This document shows, one piece after another, positions 29,456-39,362 of a stretch of DNA of 64,000 nt. Where the stretch lies: the NCBI GenBank assembly GCA_964443745.1, contig CAYUEN010000001.1, forward strand, positions 905-64,904, given 5' to 3'. The translations under genes were made by a program, and so were the position numbers. The stretch comes from an uncultured Campylobacterales bacterium. GTDB lineage: Bacteria; Campylobacterota; Campylobacteria; Campylobacterales; QNZT01. The notes beneath the pieces are model-generated. The model was not told where the DNA came from. It ran no database searches and saw only the letters and a list, made by a program, of their open reading frames with translations. Numbering within the stretch: the stretch's first letter is position 1; each line of letters begins with the position of its first letter.

Positions 29456-29875
29456 TCAGTGGTTTCGGCAGCTGGAGAGGCGAATATCCGCGTTTTCTTT
29501 CGTGCCTCCTTCTTTGCCGTCGGCACCGAGTGAAATGATGTCGATCTCACCGTCGTTGTTGATGTAGATATAGGGGTGTTTCCACGGATCAAGGGGAACT
29601 TTGCCATCCAGAAAACCACCTTCGGGATAACTTTTGTACTTCTCCGGATCCGGATTTTCCACCAGCGCTTTGATCCCCTCTTCGGTTGTGGGATAGGTGC
29701 CGTTTTGGAGTTTGAAATTTTTCAGTGCATCGTAGATACTCTGCATCTGGATGCAAACGATTTTCTTCTTCGCCTGTTCACTCTGTCCCAGCAGATTCGG
29801 CAGTACCAGACCCGCCAGAAGCCCCAGGATGATAATCACGATCATGATCTCTATAAGTGAAAAACCTTTTTTCAT
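29456..29875 (-). CDS. gspG: Type II secretion major pseudopilin GspG
   Basis: 139 aa beginning MKKGFSLIEIMIVIIILGLLAGLV (G|FSLIE). GspG-typical segments YP.TEEGIKALV, DPWKHPY and SLGADGKEGG. Confidence 0.9.
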   Translation of the reverse strand: MKKGFSLIEIMIVIIILGLLAGLVLPNLLGQSEQAKKKIVCIQMQSIYDALKNFKLQNGTYPTTEEGIKALVENPDPEKYKSYPEGGFLDGKVPLDPWKHPYIYINNDGEIDIISLGADGKEGGTKENADIRLSSCRNH

Positions 29876-29959
29876 TCTTTTTCCTTTTTCAATCTTTTTA
29901 AGTTAGATAGACTACAATACGGGCGATATTATAGAGGATTTTCCCTTCAGGTGTGATGA

Positions 29960-30955
29960 ATGAAAAGAGCCCCCCGTCGTGCGGTCGTATTGTTGTTGAC
30001 ACTCGGATTTATCGCGATAATCACGGCGTTGGTGCTCTATGGCGTGACTCTCTCCAAAAAGAGTTTCGATCAAGTCACTTCCATCGAAGCCGACAATCAG
30101 TTCTATGTCGCTTTTTCGGATATGCTGGCATTGGTGAAACGGCTTCGTGAAAACCGAGATCTCAACGATACCGAAAAACTCTCTTTTCTTCTGGACGAAT
30201 TTTCCCTTCCACCGATAACGGAGCCAAAAAGTGGCATCACGATCGGCTTCATTTCCGAAACCTATATGAACCGTCTCAATCTCAATGCGATATTAAAACG
30301 TCTCGTACAGAGTGACGAAAAAGAGTCGGACGGCCAGGAGACACTGCTTCTTGTGCCTCTCGAGCGGTTTTTTCGCTTTTACGAGATCTCCGATATTCCA
30401 CTGCTTTTGGATATCATGAAAGATACGATCGATCCGGATCTGATCGAGCGTTCAGGCTATAGCGAGATCGCCGACGAGAATTTCGATTTTCGGCAGGGTA
30501 GGATTTACAGTTTCGATCATCTGAAACAGATTTTCGACCGTTACTACCGTATTAGCAGAGACGAACGCATCTATAAAATCGACGAAGAGGATTTTACGAA
30601 AGATTTCTATTTCGGGGATTCCGATGCGATGGGATTACTCGATTGCGAACGGTTGGAGCCGGCGGTGTCCATACCGGGCGAGCCACCGGGAGTCGTCGAA
30701 CTCTTGACGGGAGAAGCGACGATTCAGATGGACTATTGCGGTTATTTCAAGAGCCGATATCCGGCACTCGCGAAGCTCTTCTTAATCGACTCTTATGGGC
30801 ATTATCAAACTATTGAAAAAAATACTACAAAAAGAAAATATCTGATAAAATGTATATTAACATTGGACACTGCATACTACAAAAGAGATGTCGCGTTCGA
30901 TTATGAATTCGAGAGTGCAGGGATCAGTAATATTGAAAAAGATATTCATGAATAA
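29960..30955 (+). CDS. Putative GspK-like minor pseudopilin (tentative)
   Basis: 331 aa. The N-terminus RRAVVLLLTLGFIAIITALVLYG is a pseudopilin-like helix without Glu+5, as in GspK. First gene of the K-L-M-N-C-D-E-F-like row. Assigned by topology and position only. Confidence 0.45.
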   Translation: MKRAPRRAVVLLLTLGFIAIITALVLYGVTLSKKSFDQVTSIEADNQFYVAFSDMLALVKRLRENRDLNDTEKLSFLLDEFSLPPITEPKSGITIGFISETYMNRLNLNAILKRLVQSDEKESDGQETLLLVPLERFFRFYEISDIPLLLDIMKDTIDPDLIERSGYSEIADENFDFRQGRIYSFDHLKQIFDRYYRISRDERIYKIDEEDFTKDFYFGDSDAMGLLDCERLEPAVSIPGEPPGVVELLTGEATIQMDYCGYFKSRYPALAKLFLIDSYGHYQTIEKNTTKRKYLIKCILTLDTAYYKRDVAFDYEFESAGISNIEKDIHE

Positions 30956-31871
30956 ACGAGCCACCCCTTTTTATCTGACGAAAAAAAGCCCCCTGCGCAC
31001 AAAAGGGAGATACAGCGTCATTCTCTCACCCGAATACTACTGGATCAAACGTGTTTCGCTGCCGGTCAAGAGTGCCAGAGAGGCGAAGAAGCTCGCGGAA
31101 TCGGTCTTCGAAGGGCTGCTTCCTTCTGGTTTATACGACTATCAGGTGATCAAAGATGGGGATGAGTTTTTGATCATCGCATACGATCGCGAGGTGATTC
31201 AAAAGGCGCTCAAAGAGCATTTTAGGGGTACCAGCGAGATCAGCGGGGTCTATTTCGCGCAAAATGAGTTGAAAGATCTCAAAGGGTGTACGACGGTCAA
31301 CGCCAAAGCGGCGCTGACACCGATCGATGGGATTTTGGTGCAGGTACCCCGAAGTTGTATCGATACGAGTGCACATCTTGACGATATCCTCCCGACACTC
31401 AGACTCTCCCGCCACAAAATACGCATCGGGACATCGCAGAAGCAGACGCTTCCCCGCTCCACCGTCACAATGGTCGCTATGGCGTTCTTTTTGGTGATGG
31501 CGTCTTTGCTGATCGAATATATCGCCTACAAAAAAGCACTTTCGGACATTCTCTCCCAAAGGGAATCGCTGATTTCGCGCTACCACCTTCCACAGACGTC
31601 GTTCGAACTCAAAAGTATAGAAAAGAGTCTTCTCAAGAAGTATGAAGCCCAGAAAAAAATACGTGACGCGCTTCAAAAGATCGCTCTGCTTTCGTTTGCT
31701 TCCGGAGAATCGATCAGAAGGCTCACCTGTACAAAGCAGGGAGTACATCTGGAAATCGAAGGAGTCGAAAGTGGCAGGGAAGAGGTACTCAAACGTCTGT
31801 TGGCCTCGGCGTTCAAGGTCAAAGAAACAGAGATGGACGGTACAGTGATGAAGGTGGAGGTGAGTCTATGA
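30948..31871 (+). CDS. Putative GspL-like bitopic assembly protein (tentative)
   Basis: Lies in ORF 30888..31871. The Met at 30948 (MNKRATPFYL) overlaps the upstream stop by 8 nt. About 190 aa cytoplasmic, one TM (VTMVAMAFFLVMASLLIEYIAY), and about 100 aa periplasmic. Confidence 0.4.
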   Translation: MNKRATPFYLTKKSPLRTKGRYSVILSPEYYWIKRVSLPVKSAREAKKLAESVFEGLLPSGLYDYQVIKDGDEFLIIAYDREVIQKALKEHFRGTSEISGVYFAQNELKDLKGCTTVNAKAALTPIDGILVQVPRSCIDTSAHLDDILPTLRLSRHKIRIGTSQKQTLPRSTVTMVAMAFFLVMASLLIEYIAYKKALSDILSQRESLISRYHLPQTSFELKSIEKSLLKKYEAQKKIRDALQKIALLSFASGESIRRLTCTKQGVHLEIEGVESGREEVLKRLLASAFKVKETEMDGTVMKVEVSL

Positions 31872-32266
31872 CCTCCAAAGCGTTTGGCCTCTCTACGCTC
31901 GTAGCGGTGTTGTTGGTGGCTCTGTTTTTTTCGATGCGGCAGAATGCCAAAATGGCTTTTATGGAGCAGAGGGGCTCCTATGTCACTTTCGAACAAAAAG
32001 CGCGGAGCATCTCATGGCTGAAAGAGAAATTCCAGGACAAGAAGTGGCGGCGTCACCAGATCGAGAATCTCAAGCGTATCTGTGCACCGGAGAGTGTCAA
32101 GGAGCGTACGGGAGTGGAGATCTACACTTTCTCGGATCTCGATCGCGGAAAGCTGCAGCGTCTGTTGAGAAAATTGGAAAATTCAACACTACTTATACGT
32201 AAACTCGACATTTTCAAAGAGGAAAAAGGTGCTGTGGCGACGCTTGTGGTGGAGATCTCCAAATGA
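31868..32266 (+). CDS. Putative GspM-like protein (tentative)
   Basis: 132 aa with N-terminal TM LSTLVAVLLVALFF and a small periplasmic domain. 4-nt overlaps with both neighbours. Confidence 0.4.
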   Translation: MTSKAFGLSTLVAVLLVALFFSMRQNAKMAFMEQRGSYVTFEQKARSISWLKEKFQDKKWRRHQIENLKRICAPESVKERTGVEIYTFSDLDRGKLQRLLRKLENSTLLIRKLDIFKEEKGAVATLVVEISK

Positions 32267-32781
32267 AAAAGGTAGTATTGATCGCGACGAGTTTTTTTAT
32301 CGCTTTGTTGTTTTTGATGCCCAAGGAGAACCTCTACTACACACTGAAACGTCTATTGAGCGATCAACATATCCAATTGACGCAAAAAAAAGTTTCGGAT
32401 CGCTGGTATGCGCTGCATCTGGAAGGGGTGTCGCTTCTTTATGACGGGATCGAATCGGTCGAAATCGAAAAGGTGGATCTGTGGCCTTGGTTGTTCTATA
32501 ATCGGCTGGATCTTCAAACGATCACTCCCTATCCCGCGATCCGTAAGTTTCTACCCGCTTCCGCAAAAGAGATGGTCGTTTCCTACACCCCTTTCTATCC
32601 GATGAAGGCGACCATGAGGATGGAGGGTGAGTTTGGAGAGATGGAAGGCTTTTTCGAAATCAAAACGGGGAAACTCCATCTGCTTCTACATCCCGCATCG
32701 CCATTCGCGAAGAGTTCGATCGTGAGGCAGAATTTCAAAAAAACCGAAGAGGGATACCTGTATGAATCCATCCTATACTGA
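32263..32781 (+). CDS. Putative GspN-like protein (tentative)
   Basis: 172 aa with N-terminal TM VVLIATSFFIALLFLM. Assigned by position between the M-like and C-like genes only. Confidence 0.35.
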   Translation: MKKVVLIATSFFIALLFLMPKENLYYTLKRLLSDQHIQLTQKKVSDRWYALHLEGVSLLYDGIESVEIEKVDLWPWLFYNRLDLQTITPYPAIRKFLPASAKEMVVSYTPFYPMKATMRMEGEFGEMEGFFEIKTGKLHLLLHPASPFAKSSIVRQNFKKTEEGYLYESILY

Positions 32782-33565
32782 CCGGATCAGGTCGTTGGCC
32801 CTCTATCTGCTGTTGCCGTTTGCAGTGGCGAAGCTGCTTTGGAGTGTGGTTTTTCTCTTTCTGGAGAAGGGCGATATCGTCATTGAAAAGCCGATCTCCT
32901 ATGGATATCACTACACTGCGACCCCCGCACAGGTGATCTTGCCTTTTTCGGAGCGGCCCAAACCGGAGCAGATCGAAGCGTCGGAGAGAATCACCGATAT
33001 CAAACTGAAGGGAACTTATATTGAAGGCGAACAGGGATTTGTGGTGATCGAGGAGAGTGGAGGGGCGGTTTTCGTCAGTAAAGGGGAGCATTATAGAGGC
33101 TATCGCCTCAAAGAGGTTTACGAGGATCGGGCGATTTTCGAAAAAGGAGGCAAAAACTACGAAGTACTGCTCAAAGAGGAGATCAGACCCGCGAGAGAGT
33201 CGGGTGGCGATATATCCGGCCCAACTTCTACAGCAGGAGCGGATGGTGGCAGTGTCAGCGTCTCCAGAGACGAGTTGAACGACTATATTCGCCATCCCAA
33301 CAAAATCTGGAAAAACATCCGCATTCAGGAGATACGCAAACACGGACGCATTGCGGGGTTTCGTGTCAATTACGTCAAACGAAACTCCGTTTTCGACCGG
33401 TTTGGGCTCAAAAGCGGGGATATCATCACGGCGATCGACGGCAACGAGATCCACTCTCTGGGAGAGGTGATGAAGTACTACAACGATGCGGCCAATCTCG
33501 AAGCCCTGACGCTGACCGTCAAACGGGGCGACGAGGTGGTGGACATCGACTTTACTGTAAATTGA
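32762..33565 (+). CDS. gspC: Type II secretion protein GspC (TM + HR domain + PDZ)
   Basis: 267 aa with TM LALYLLLPFAVAKLLWSVVFLFL. HR-like segment LKGTYIEGEQGFVVIEESGG...YRLKEVYEDRAIFEKGGKNYEVL. C-terminal PDZ GLKSGDIITAIDGNEIHSLGEV. Confidence 0.7.
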   Translation: MNPSYTDRIRSLALYLLLPFAVAKLLWSVVFLFLEKGDIVIEKPISYGYHYTATPAQVILPFSERPKPEQIEASERITDIKLKGTYIEGEQGFVVIEESGGAVFVSKGEHYRGYRLKEVYEDRAIFEKGGKNYEVLLKEEIRPARESGGDISGPTSTAGADGGSVSVSRDELNDYIRHPNKIWKNIRIQEIRKHGRIAGFRVNYVKRNSVFDRFGLKSGDIITAIDGNEIHSLGEVMKYYNDAANLEALTLTVKRGDEVVDIDFTVN

Positions 33566-33578
33566 GAGAGGAAAGCGC

Positions 33579-35915
33579 ATGAAAAAAGCGACGTTACATC
33601 TGATTATGGCGGCGACGATACTCTTCGGAGCGGGAAACGCGATAGCCCAGGCTCCGAAGCAGGAAGATCGCAATCTGGTCAAGATCAATTTCAAAGGAAT
33701 GAAGATCACGGAGTTTATCCGGATGGTGTCCAAAATCACCGGTAAAAATATCCTGATCGGACAGAATATCCAGGGAGTTGTCGATTATGAACAGGCCAAG
33801 CCGATCAGAAAGGATCAGGTCTATGCCCTGCTGGTGAGTGTATTGGGGAGCAAGGGGTTCACGATCGCCGATACGGGAGAGGGCTTTTTGAAAGTGGTGC
33901 GCAGTTCGGAAGCGGTCAAGAGCGCCCCGCCTCTTTATGGAACGTCCGATGTCCATACGGTACAGACGGCGATCATCCCCGTGCGCAATCTAAATGTCAG
34001 AAATATCCTCCGTCAAGTCAACTTTCTTCTCAGTAAATATGGTAAAATCACTCTCTCTTATGAAAACAACACCGTGGTCGTCAGCGACTATCCCGAAAAT
34101 ATCCGTGCGATAAAAAACGTGATCCATAGACTCGATACCGACAAACAGCTGAGGGTGAAGATCATCCCCCTTCAAAACGCCGACGCCAAAAGCGTCTATC
34201 CCAAAATCAAAAAGATCGCTTCCGCTCTCTACAACAACAAAATCGAAACACAAAAAGTCGATATTTTCGAAGACGAGGCGACCAATGCGATTATCCTGAC
34301 CGCACATCCTTATCAGATAAGGGAGCTAAGCCGGTATGTCCACCGTCTGGACAAAGGCAACGAGACGATCGACAAGAAGATGGCGATCATCTATGTCAAA
34401 AACGCCGATGCGGTCAAGATCGTCAAAACGCTGGAAAAACTCCTCTCGGACAAAAGTTTCGGCAAGAGCGAGAAGCAGTCGCAGCCCGCGGTGAAGACCA
34501 CCGTCAAAAAGACTCAGCAGCCGGGAACGAAAGGAAAGAAACCGGTCACGACCACCACGACCGAAACGCTGCCCGCCTTCATCTCCACAGACAAAGAGAA
34601 ACCGACGGTCACGGTGGACGAAGAGCTCAACGCCGTCGTCGTCTATGCGACCGAACGTGAGATCAAAGAGATCAGAAAAGTGGTCGAACAGCTCGATACC
34701 GAACGCAAGCAGGTCTACGTAACGGCGCGGATACTCGAAATCAGCAAAAACAAAGCTTCCGCCTTGGGAGCAAAATACGGTATCATTGGAGGAATTACAA
34801 GCTCCACGGGTCTTTACGGTTTCAGCGGCCAGATCGGCAGCACCGAAGGAGATGCGCTGGGTACGATCACGACGCTCAAGGGGTTGCTCGGGGATTCGCT
34901 CGCCATTCCCACGGTCAAAAAAGCGCTTGCGCTTGGAACCGCCATCTCTCTCTACAAAAAAAACGGTGCGGCGGATATCATCTCCGAGCCCTCCATCCTC
35001 TGTATCAACAACAAAGAGTCGTCGATCTATGCGGGTAAGACGGTTTCCATACTGACGCAGGCGACGACGGGAAGCGACGCTACATCGCTCACGCGCCAAA
35101 ACTACACCCGTGAAGATATCGGATTGACACTGAAGGTCAAACCGAGAATTTCGGCCGACAACAAGGTTTCGATGGAGATCAAGACGATACTCGAGGATGT
35201 GGTCGGGGGTCAGGTGGGATTGCCGACGACGACCAAGCGCGAAGTGACGACCACCTCGATCGTCAAAAACGGCGAATCGGTCATTATCGGAGGATTGGTG
35301 AAAAACAAGCTGGATGAGAAGGTGAGCAAGATCCCGCTGCTGGGAGACATACCGATCCTGGGCATTCCTTTTCGCCATGTCAGCAAAGAGGGGGATCAAC
35401 TCAATCTCATCATCATGGTCACCCCCTACATCGTCAACAGAAGCGAAGATCTAAGTCGGCTCAGAGAAGCCCTCGGTCAGATGAGCGTACTCGAGCGTGA
35501 ATTGGCTGAAAAGTTCGAAGAGGCGTACAATAAAAATCCGGAATTGATCCGTAGGCAACTCAACCATGTAGAGTTATCACCAGAAGAGGAGCGGCTGGCG
35601 CCTCCCGTGCATATCGAAGTCTCCTCTCCTGTCGTGGTTCCCCCCAAACCGTCCACGCAGATTGAGAAGATGGAAAAAATCGAACCCACCCCCGAGCCTT
35701 CGGAGCAAAAGAAGCCAAAGAGAGTGGAAACGCAAGCGGTGGTTTTGACAAGCGAATCAGAAGTGAAGAGAGAGAGGAAAACAGAAACCACCGCTCCGAC
35801 CACCGCCTATGAGATCGACGAGCGTGGCAGGGCGTATCGGGTGACAACCTATCCTGACGGTAGAATCGAACGTAAACGGATCAAGAAGAGTATGATCGAT
35901 CCGGATCTGTTGTAA
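33579..35915 (+). CDS. gspD: Type II secretion secretin GspD
   Basis: 778 aa with a signal peptide and N0 domain VKINFKGMKITEFIRMVSKITGKNILI. Secretin core with SKIPLLGDIPILGIPFR. Carries a low-complexity insert and a long C-terminal tail. Confidence 0.9.
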   Translation: MKKATLHLIMAATILFGAGNAIAQAPKQEDRNLVKINFKGMKITEFIRMVSKITGKNILIGQNIQGVVDYEQAKPIRKDQVYALLVSVLGSKGFTIADTGEGFLKVVRSSEAVKSAPPLYGTSDVHTVQTAIIPVRNLNVRNILRQVNFLLSKYGKITLSYENNTVVVSDYPENIRAIKNVIHRLDTDKQLRVKIIPLQNADAKSVYPKIKKIASALYNNKIETQKVDIFEDEATNAIILTAHPYQIRELSRYVHRLDKGNETIDKKMAIIYVKNADAVKIVKTLEKLLSDKSFGKSEKQSQPAVKTTVKKTQQPGTKGKKPVTTTTTETLPAFISTDKEKPTVTVDEELNAVVVYATEREIKEIRKVVEQLDTERKQVYVTARILEISKNKASALGAKYGIIGGITSSTGLYGFSGQIGSTEGDALGTITTLKGLLGDSLAIPTVKKALALGTAISLYKKNGAADIISEPSILCINNKESSIYAGKTVSILTQATTGSDATSLTRQNYTREDIGLTLKVKPRISADNKVSMEIKTILEDVVGGQVGLPTTTKREVTTTSIVKNGESVIIGGLVKNKLDEKVSKIPLLGDIPILGIPFRHVSKEGDQLNLIIMVTPYIVNRSEDLSRLREALGQMSVLERELAEKFEEAYNKNPELIRRQLNHVELSPEEERLAPPVHIEVSSPVVVPPKPSTQIEKMEKIEPTPEPSEQKKPKRVETQAVVLTSESEVKRERKTETTAPTTAYEIDERGRAYRVTTYPDGRIERKRIKKSMIDPDLL

Positions 35916-35924
35916 CGGGAGAAG

Positions 35925-37451
35925 ATGATGCAGTTTGGCTCCATTCCCACCTACGAAAATCTGGATCTCTACCCCGAGTTGATCGAGGGAGTCGATCCGG
36001 ATCTGGCGGTAAAAAACTGGCTTTTGATCACGAAGATCGAAGAGCAGCCCACGATCATTCTCTCCAAGGAGCATCTGAGTGACGGCTTCAACTACCTGAG
36101 CAAACTCGATCTGGATTTGCCGATCGCTTTCGTCGATCAAGATTCTTACGAGCGGCTCTACCATCGCTATCTGGAGCTCAAGACCGACAAGGAACTCAGC
36201 TCCACGATCAATGAAGAGCGGGAAGAGGAGTTGATCGAAGAGGATATTTCTCTTGCCGAATTTCTGAAAACCACCTCCGATATTCTCACTTCGGAAGAGT
36301 CGGCGCCCATCATCAAATTCGTCAACTCTCTCTTCTATCAGGCGGTCAAAAAAGGGGCGTCCGATATTCATATAGAGACTCACGAGACGCGGGGGGTGGT
36401 GCGTCTGAGGATCGACGGCGTATTGATCAAACATGTCGATTTGGACAAAAACATCATCAATCTCGTCATCAGCCGTATCAAAGTCATCTCCAATCTCGAT
36501 ATCTCCGAAAAGCGGATACCGCAGGACGGCCGCACGCAGGTGAAGATCGCCGGACGGGGGCTGGATATCAGGGTCTCGGTATTGCCCACCTATTACGGAG
36601 AGCGGGTGGTGATGCGAATCTTGATGGAGTCTTCGGAGATTCCGACACTGCGACAGCTGGGATTTTCCAAGGAACTCACTTACGATTTCGAAAAGCTGCT
36701 CGAACATGCCCACGGGATGATATTGGTCACGGGGCCTACGGGCAGCGGTAAATCGACCACGCTACACACCTTTTTGCAAACGGTCGCTACGCCCGATAAA
36801 AACATCATCACGATCGAGGATCCTGTCGAATACAAAGCGGACAACATCAACCAGATCCAGGTGAACGTGAAAACGGGGCTCACTTTCGCGGCGGGACTGC
36901 GTTCGATTCTCAGGCAGGACCCCGATATCGTGATGGTGGGCGAGATCCGAGACAAGGAGACGGCGGAGATCGCGATCCAGGCGGCGTTGACCGGACATCT
37001 TATGCTCTCGACGCTGCATACCAACAATACCGCGGCGGCGATCACCCGGCTGGTGGATATGGGTATAGACGAGTTTTTGATCAGTTCGTCGCTGCTTGGG
37101 GTACTCGCGCAGCGGCTCGTACGCAAACTCTGCCCCCACTGCAAAGAGCCCGATACGCTTCCGCCGGAAATCGTCAGTGAGTTTGGTGTCGCTGCGGATG
37201 CGCAAATCTACAAAGCCCAGGGGTGTGCGAAATGCAACTACACCGGATTTATCGGAAGACAGGCGGTGGGTGAGTTGTTGATCATGGACGAGGAGGTGAA
37301 GATGATGCTCAAAGAGGGGCTCAGCGATTTTGAAATCCGCAGCGCTATGCAGAAAAAAGGGATGAAACTCATTCATGAACAACTCCTCGATCTGCTGCTA
37401 TCTGGAGAGACATCCCTCAAGGAGGTGATCAGAGTGGGGCTCAAAGACTGA
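35925..37451 (+). CDS. gspE: Type II secretion ATPase GspE
   Basis: 508 aa with Walker A GPTGSGKSTT, Walker B/Asp box RQDPDIVMVGEIRD, His box, and tetracysteine CPHC...CAKC. Confidence 0.95.
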   Translation: MMQFGSIPTYENLDLYPELIEGVDPDLAVKNWLLITKIEEQPTIILSKEHLSDGFNYLSKLDLDLPIAFVDQDSYERLYHRYLELKTDKELSSTINEEREEELIEEDISLAEFLKTTSDILTSEESAPIIKFVNSLFYQAVKKGASDIHIETHETRGVVRLRIDGVLIKHVDLDKNIINLVISRIKVISNLDISEKRIPQDGRTQVKIAGRGLDIRVSVLPTYYGERVVMRILMESSEIPTLRQLGFSKELTYDFEKLLEHAHGMILVTGPTGSGKSTTLHTFLQTVATPDKNIITIEDPVEYKADNINQIQVNVKTGLTFAAGLRSILRQDPDIVMVGEIRDKETAEIAIQAALTGHLMLSTLHTNNTAAAITRLVDMGIDEFLISSSLLGVLAQRLVRKLCPHCKEPDTLPPEIVSEFGVAADAQIYKAQGCAKCNYTGFIGRQAVGELLIMDEEVKMMLKEGLSDFEIRSAMQKKGMKLIHEQLLDLLLSGETSLKEVIRVGLKD

Positions 37452-37454
37452 TCG

Positions 37455-38675
37455 ATGCTGTTTGTTTATCGGGGATTCGACAAAAGCGGCAAAAGAATCA
37501 AGGCCAGGATCGAGGCGGCGGATCTGGAAGAGGCGAAAAAACGCCTCAAATCCAGAGGGATCATCTACGAATCGATCAAAGAAGGCAAACCTTCGCTGTG
37601 GGAGAAGATCGCATTCCGCCGCAGTGCGCAGTTGTCGCCCAAAAAGCTGGCCCACCTCTCCCGCAATCTCGCGATCTATCTGCGTTCGGGGATTCCGATC
37701 GTAAACGTAATCCGCCTTGCCAAATCCCAATATGAAGGGGAGAGTCTTCTGGTCGATTTTCTCTCTTCGTTGGAGAGCAGTATGGACGAGGGAAAAAGCT
37801 TCTATGCCGCGCTCGAGGCGCAGCGAATCGTTTCGCTTCCCTCTTTTTACAAACAGTCGATCAAGGTGGCGGAAGAGAGCGGTGCGCTGGCGGAGGTGCT
37901 TTTCGAGATGGCCCGCTTCATCGAAGAGCAGGAGAAGGTCGCGGGAAAGGTGAAACAGGCGTTGATCTATCCGATGTTTATCGTGGTCATCTCCATCTTC
38001 ATGGTCGCTTTCATGCTCACCTCCGTCGTTCCGAAGATCACCAAAATGTTCGACCAGCTCCATCAAGAGCTTCCGACCGTCACGAAAGTGGTGATCGCCG
38101 CGGGTGATTTTCTGGGAGAGTATTGGCTGGTGATCGCGGTGATCGTTTTGATATTCTCGATACTTTTCACCTTTTTGATGAAAACCAGTCTTTCTTTCCG
38201 TTTCGCCTGGCATCGTCTGCTTCTGAAAATGCCGCTTTTCGGGAAGATCGTCCAGACTTTCGAACTGGCGCGTTTTTCATATATCACGGCCGTTTTGACG
38301 CGCTCTGGAGTGACGTTCGTTCATGCGGTGAAGCTCGCGGCCAACGTACTCGAAAACGAAGTGATGAAGCGGGAGTTTCAGGATGCGGCCCGCGATGTGG
38401 TGGAGGGGAAGAAATTCTCCACCGCACTGGCACGCTACGGACGGCATGTGGACCGCTCTTTCGTCCAGGCGATCGCACTGGGTGAAGAGACAAGCGAAGT
38501 GGCGCTCGTGATGGAGAATATGGCCGATCTCTATTTCGAGGAAAATCGTACCAAGATCGATCTCTTTCTCTCGCTCCTGGAGCCCGTTTTGATCCTTTTC
38601 GTGGGGGCGACGATAGGATTTATCGTGGTGGCGATGCTCTTACCGATCTTTTCGATGAATTTGGCTAACATGTGA
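37455..38675 (+). CDS. gspF: Type II secretion inner-membrane platform protein GspF
   Basis: 406 aa with two GspF-type repeats and three TM segments, directly after gspE. Confidence 0.95.
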   Translation: MLFVYRGFDKSGKRIKARIEAADLEEAKKRLKSRGIIYESIKEGKPSLWEKIAFRRSAQLSPKKLAHLSRNLAIYLRSGIPIVNVIRLAKSQYEGESLLVDFLSSLESSMDEGKSFYAALEAQRIVSLPSFYKQSIKVAEESGALAEVLFEMARFIEEQEKVAGKVKQALIYPMFIVVISIFMVAFMLTSVVPKITKMFDQLHQELPTVTKVVIAAGDFLGEYWLVIAVIVLIFSILFTFLMKTSLSFRFAWHRLLLKMPLFGKIVQTFELARFSYITAVLTRSGVTFVHAVKLAANVLENEVMKREFQDAARDVVEGKKFSTALARYGRHVDRSFVQAIALGEETSEVALVMENMADLYFEENRTKIDLFLSLLEPVLILFVGATIGFIVVAMLLPIFSMNLANM

Positions 38676-38717
38676 GGATTTTGGAAGATCCCAAAAGTTT
38701 GTAAAAGAGTTCAAGGA

Positions 38718-39362
38718 ATGACAATGTTGGTAGCACCGAGTATTCTCTCCGCCGATTTCGGGAAACTGTCCGAAGAGGTGAGGGCGATCTGCGACGCGGG
38801 TTGCGATCTGGTACACGTGGATGTGATGGACGGCCATTTCGTCCCCAATCTCACGATCGGGCCGGTTGTCGTAGAGAGTGTCGCGAAAGCGGCCAGCAAG
38901 CCTCTTGATATTCACCTGATGGTCGAAAACAATCCCTTCTTCGTGGATCTTTTCGCACCCCTGAAGCCCAAATACATCTCTTTTCATATCGAAGAGGAGA
39001 AACACCCCCACCGCCTCGTTCAGAAAATCCGCTCGCTTGGAATCTCTCCCGCGATCGCGCTCAACCCCCACACGCCTCCATCCGCCATCGAATACCTGAT
39101 CGAAGATCTGGATATGGTGTTGCTGATGAGCGTCAATCCGGGATTCGGCGGGCAGCGGTTCATCCCTTCCGTAATCGAAAAGGCGAGTCGGCTGAGGGAT
39201 ATGATATTGCAAAAGCGGGCTTCATGCCTGATCGAAGTGGATGGCGGCGTGAACGATCGAAACGTGGGTGAGCTTGCGGATGCGGGCGTCGATATCGTCG
39301 TGGCGGGAAGCTATGTCTATCGAAGCGACGATTACGAAAAAGCGATAGCGAGCTTGAAGTGA
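38718..39362 (+). CDS. rpe: Ribulose-phosphate 3-epimerase
   Basis: 214 aa with SILSADF, HVDVMDGHFVPN and MSVNPGFGGQ. Confidence 0.95.
   Translation: MTMLVAPSILSADFGKLSEEVRAICDAGCDLVHVDVMDGHFVPNLTIGPVVVESVAKAASKPLDIHLMVENNPFFVDLFAPLKPKYISFHIEEEKHPHRLVQKIRSLGISPAIALNPHTPPSAIEYLIEDLDMVLLMSVNPGFGGQRFIPSVIEKASRLRDMILQKRASCLIEVDGGVNDRNVGELADAGVDIVVAGSYVYRSDDYEKAIASLK

Noticed and set aside
29456-38675. Interpretation of the secretion locus as a type IV pilus or a Cts-type DNA-uptake system rather than a T2SS
   Set aside because: A GspC-type protein (TM + HR + PDZ), a GspG-type major pseudopilin and a GspK-like gene favour a T2SS. There is no PilT-like retraction ATPase, no PilM/N/O/P signature and no CtsP-like NTPase. 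A dual role in DNA uptake cannot be excluded from the sequence alone.
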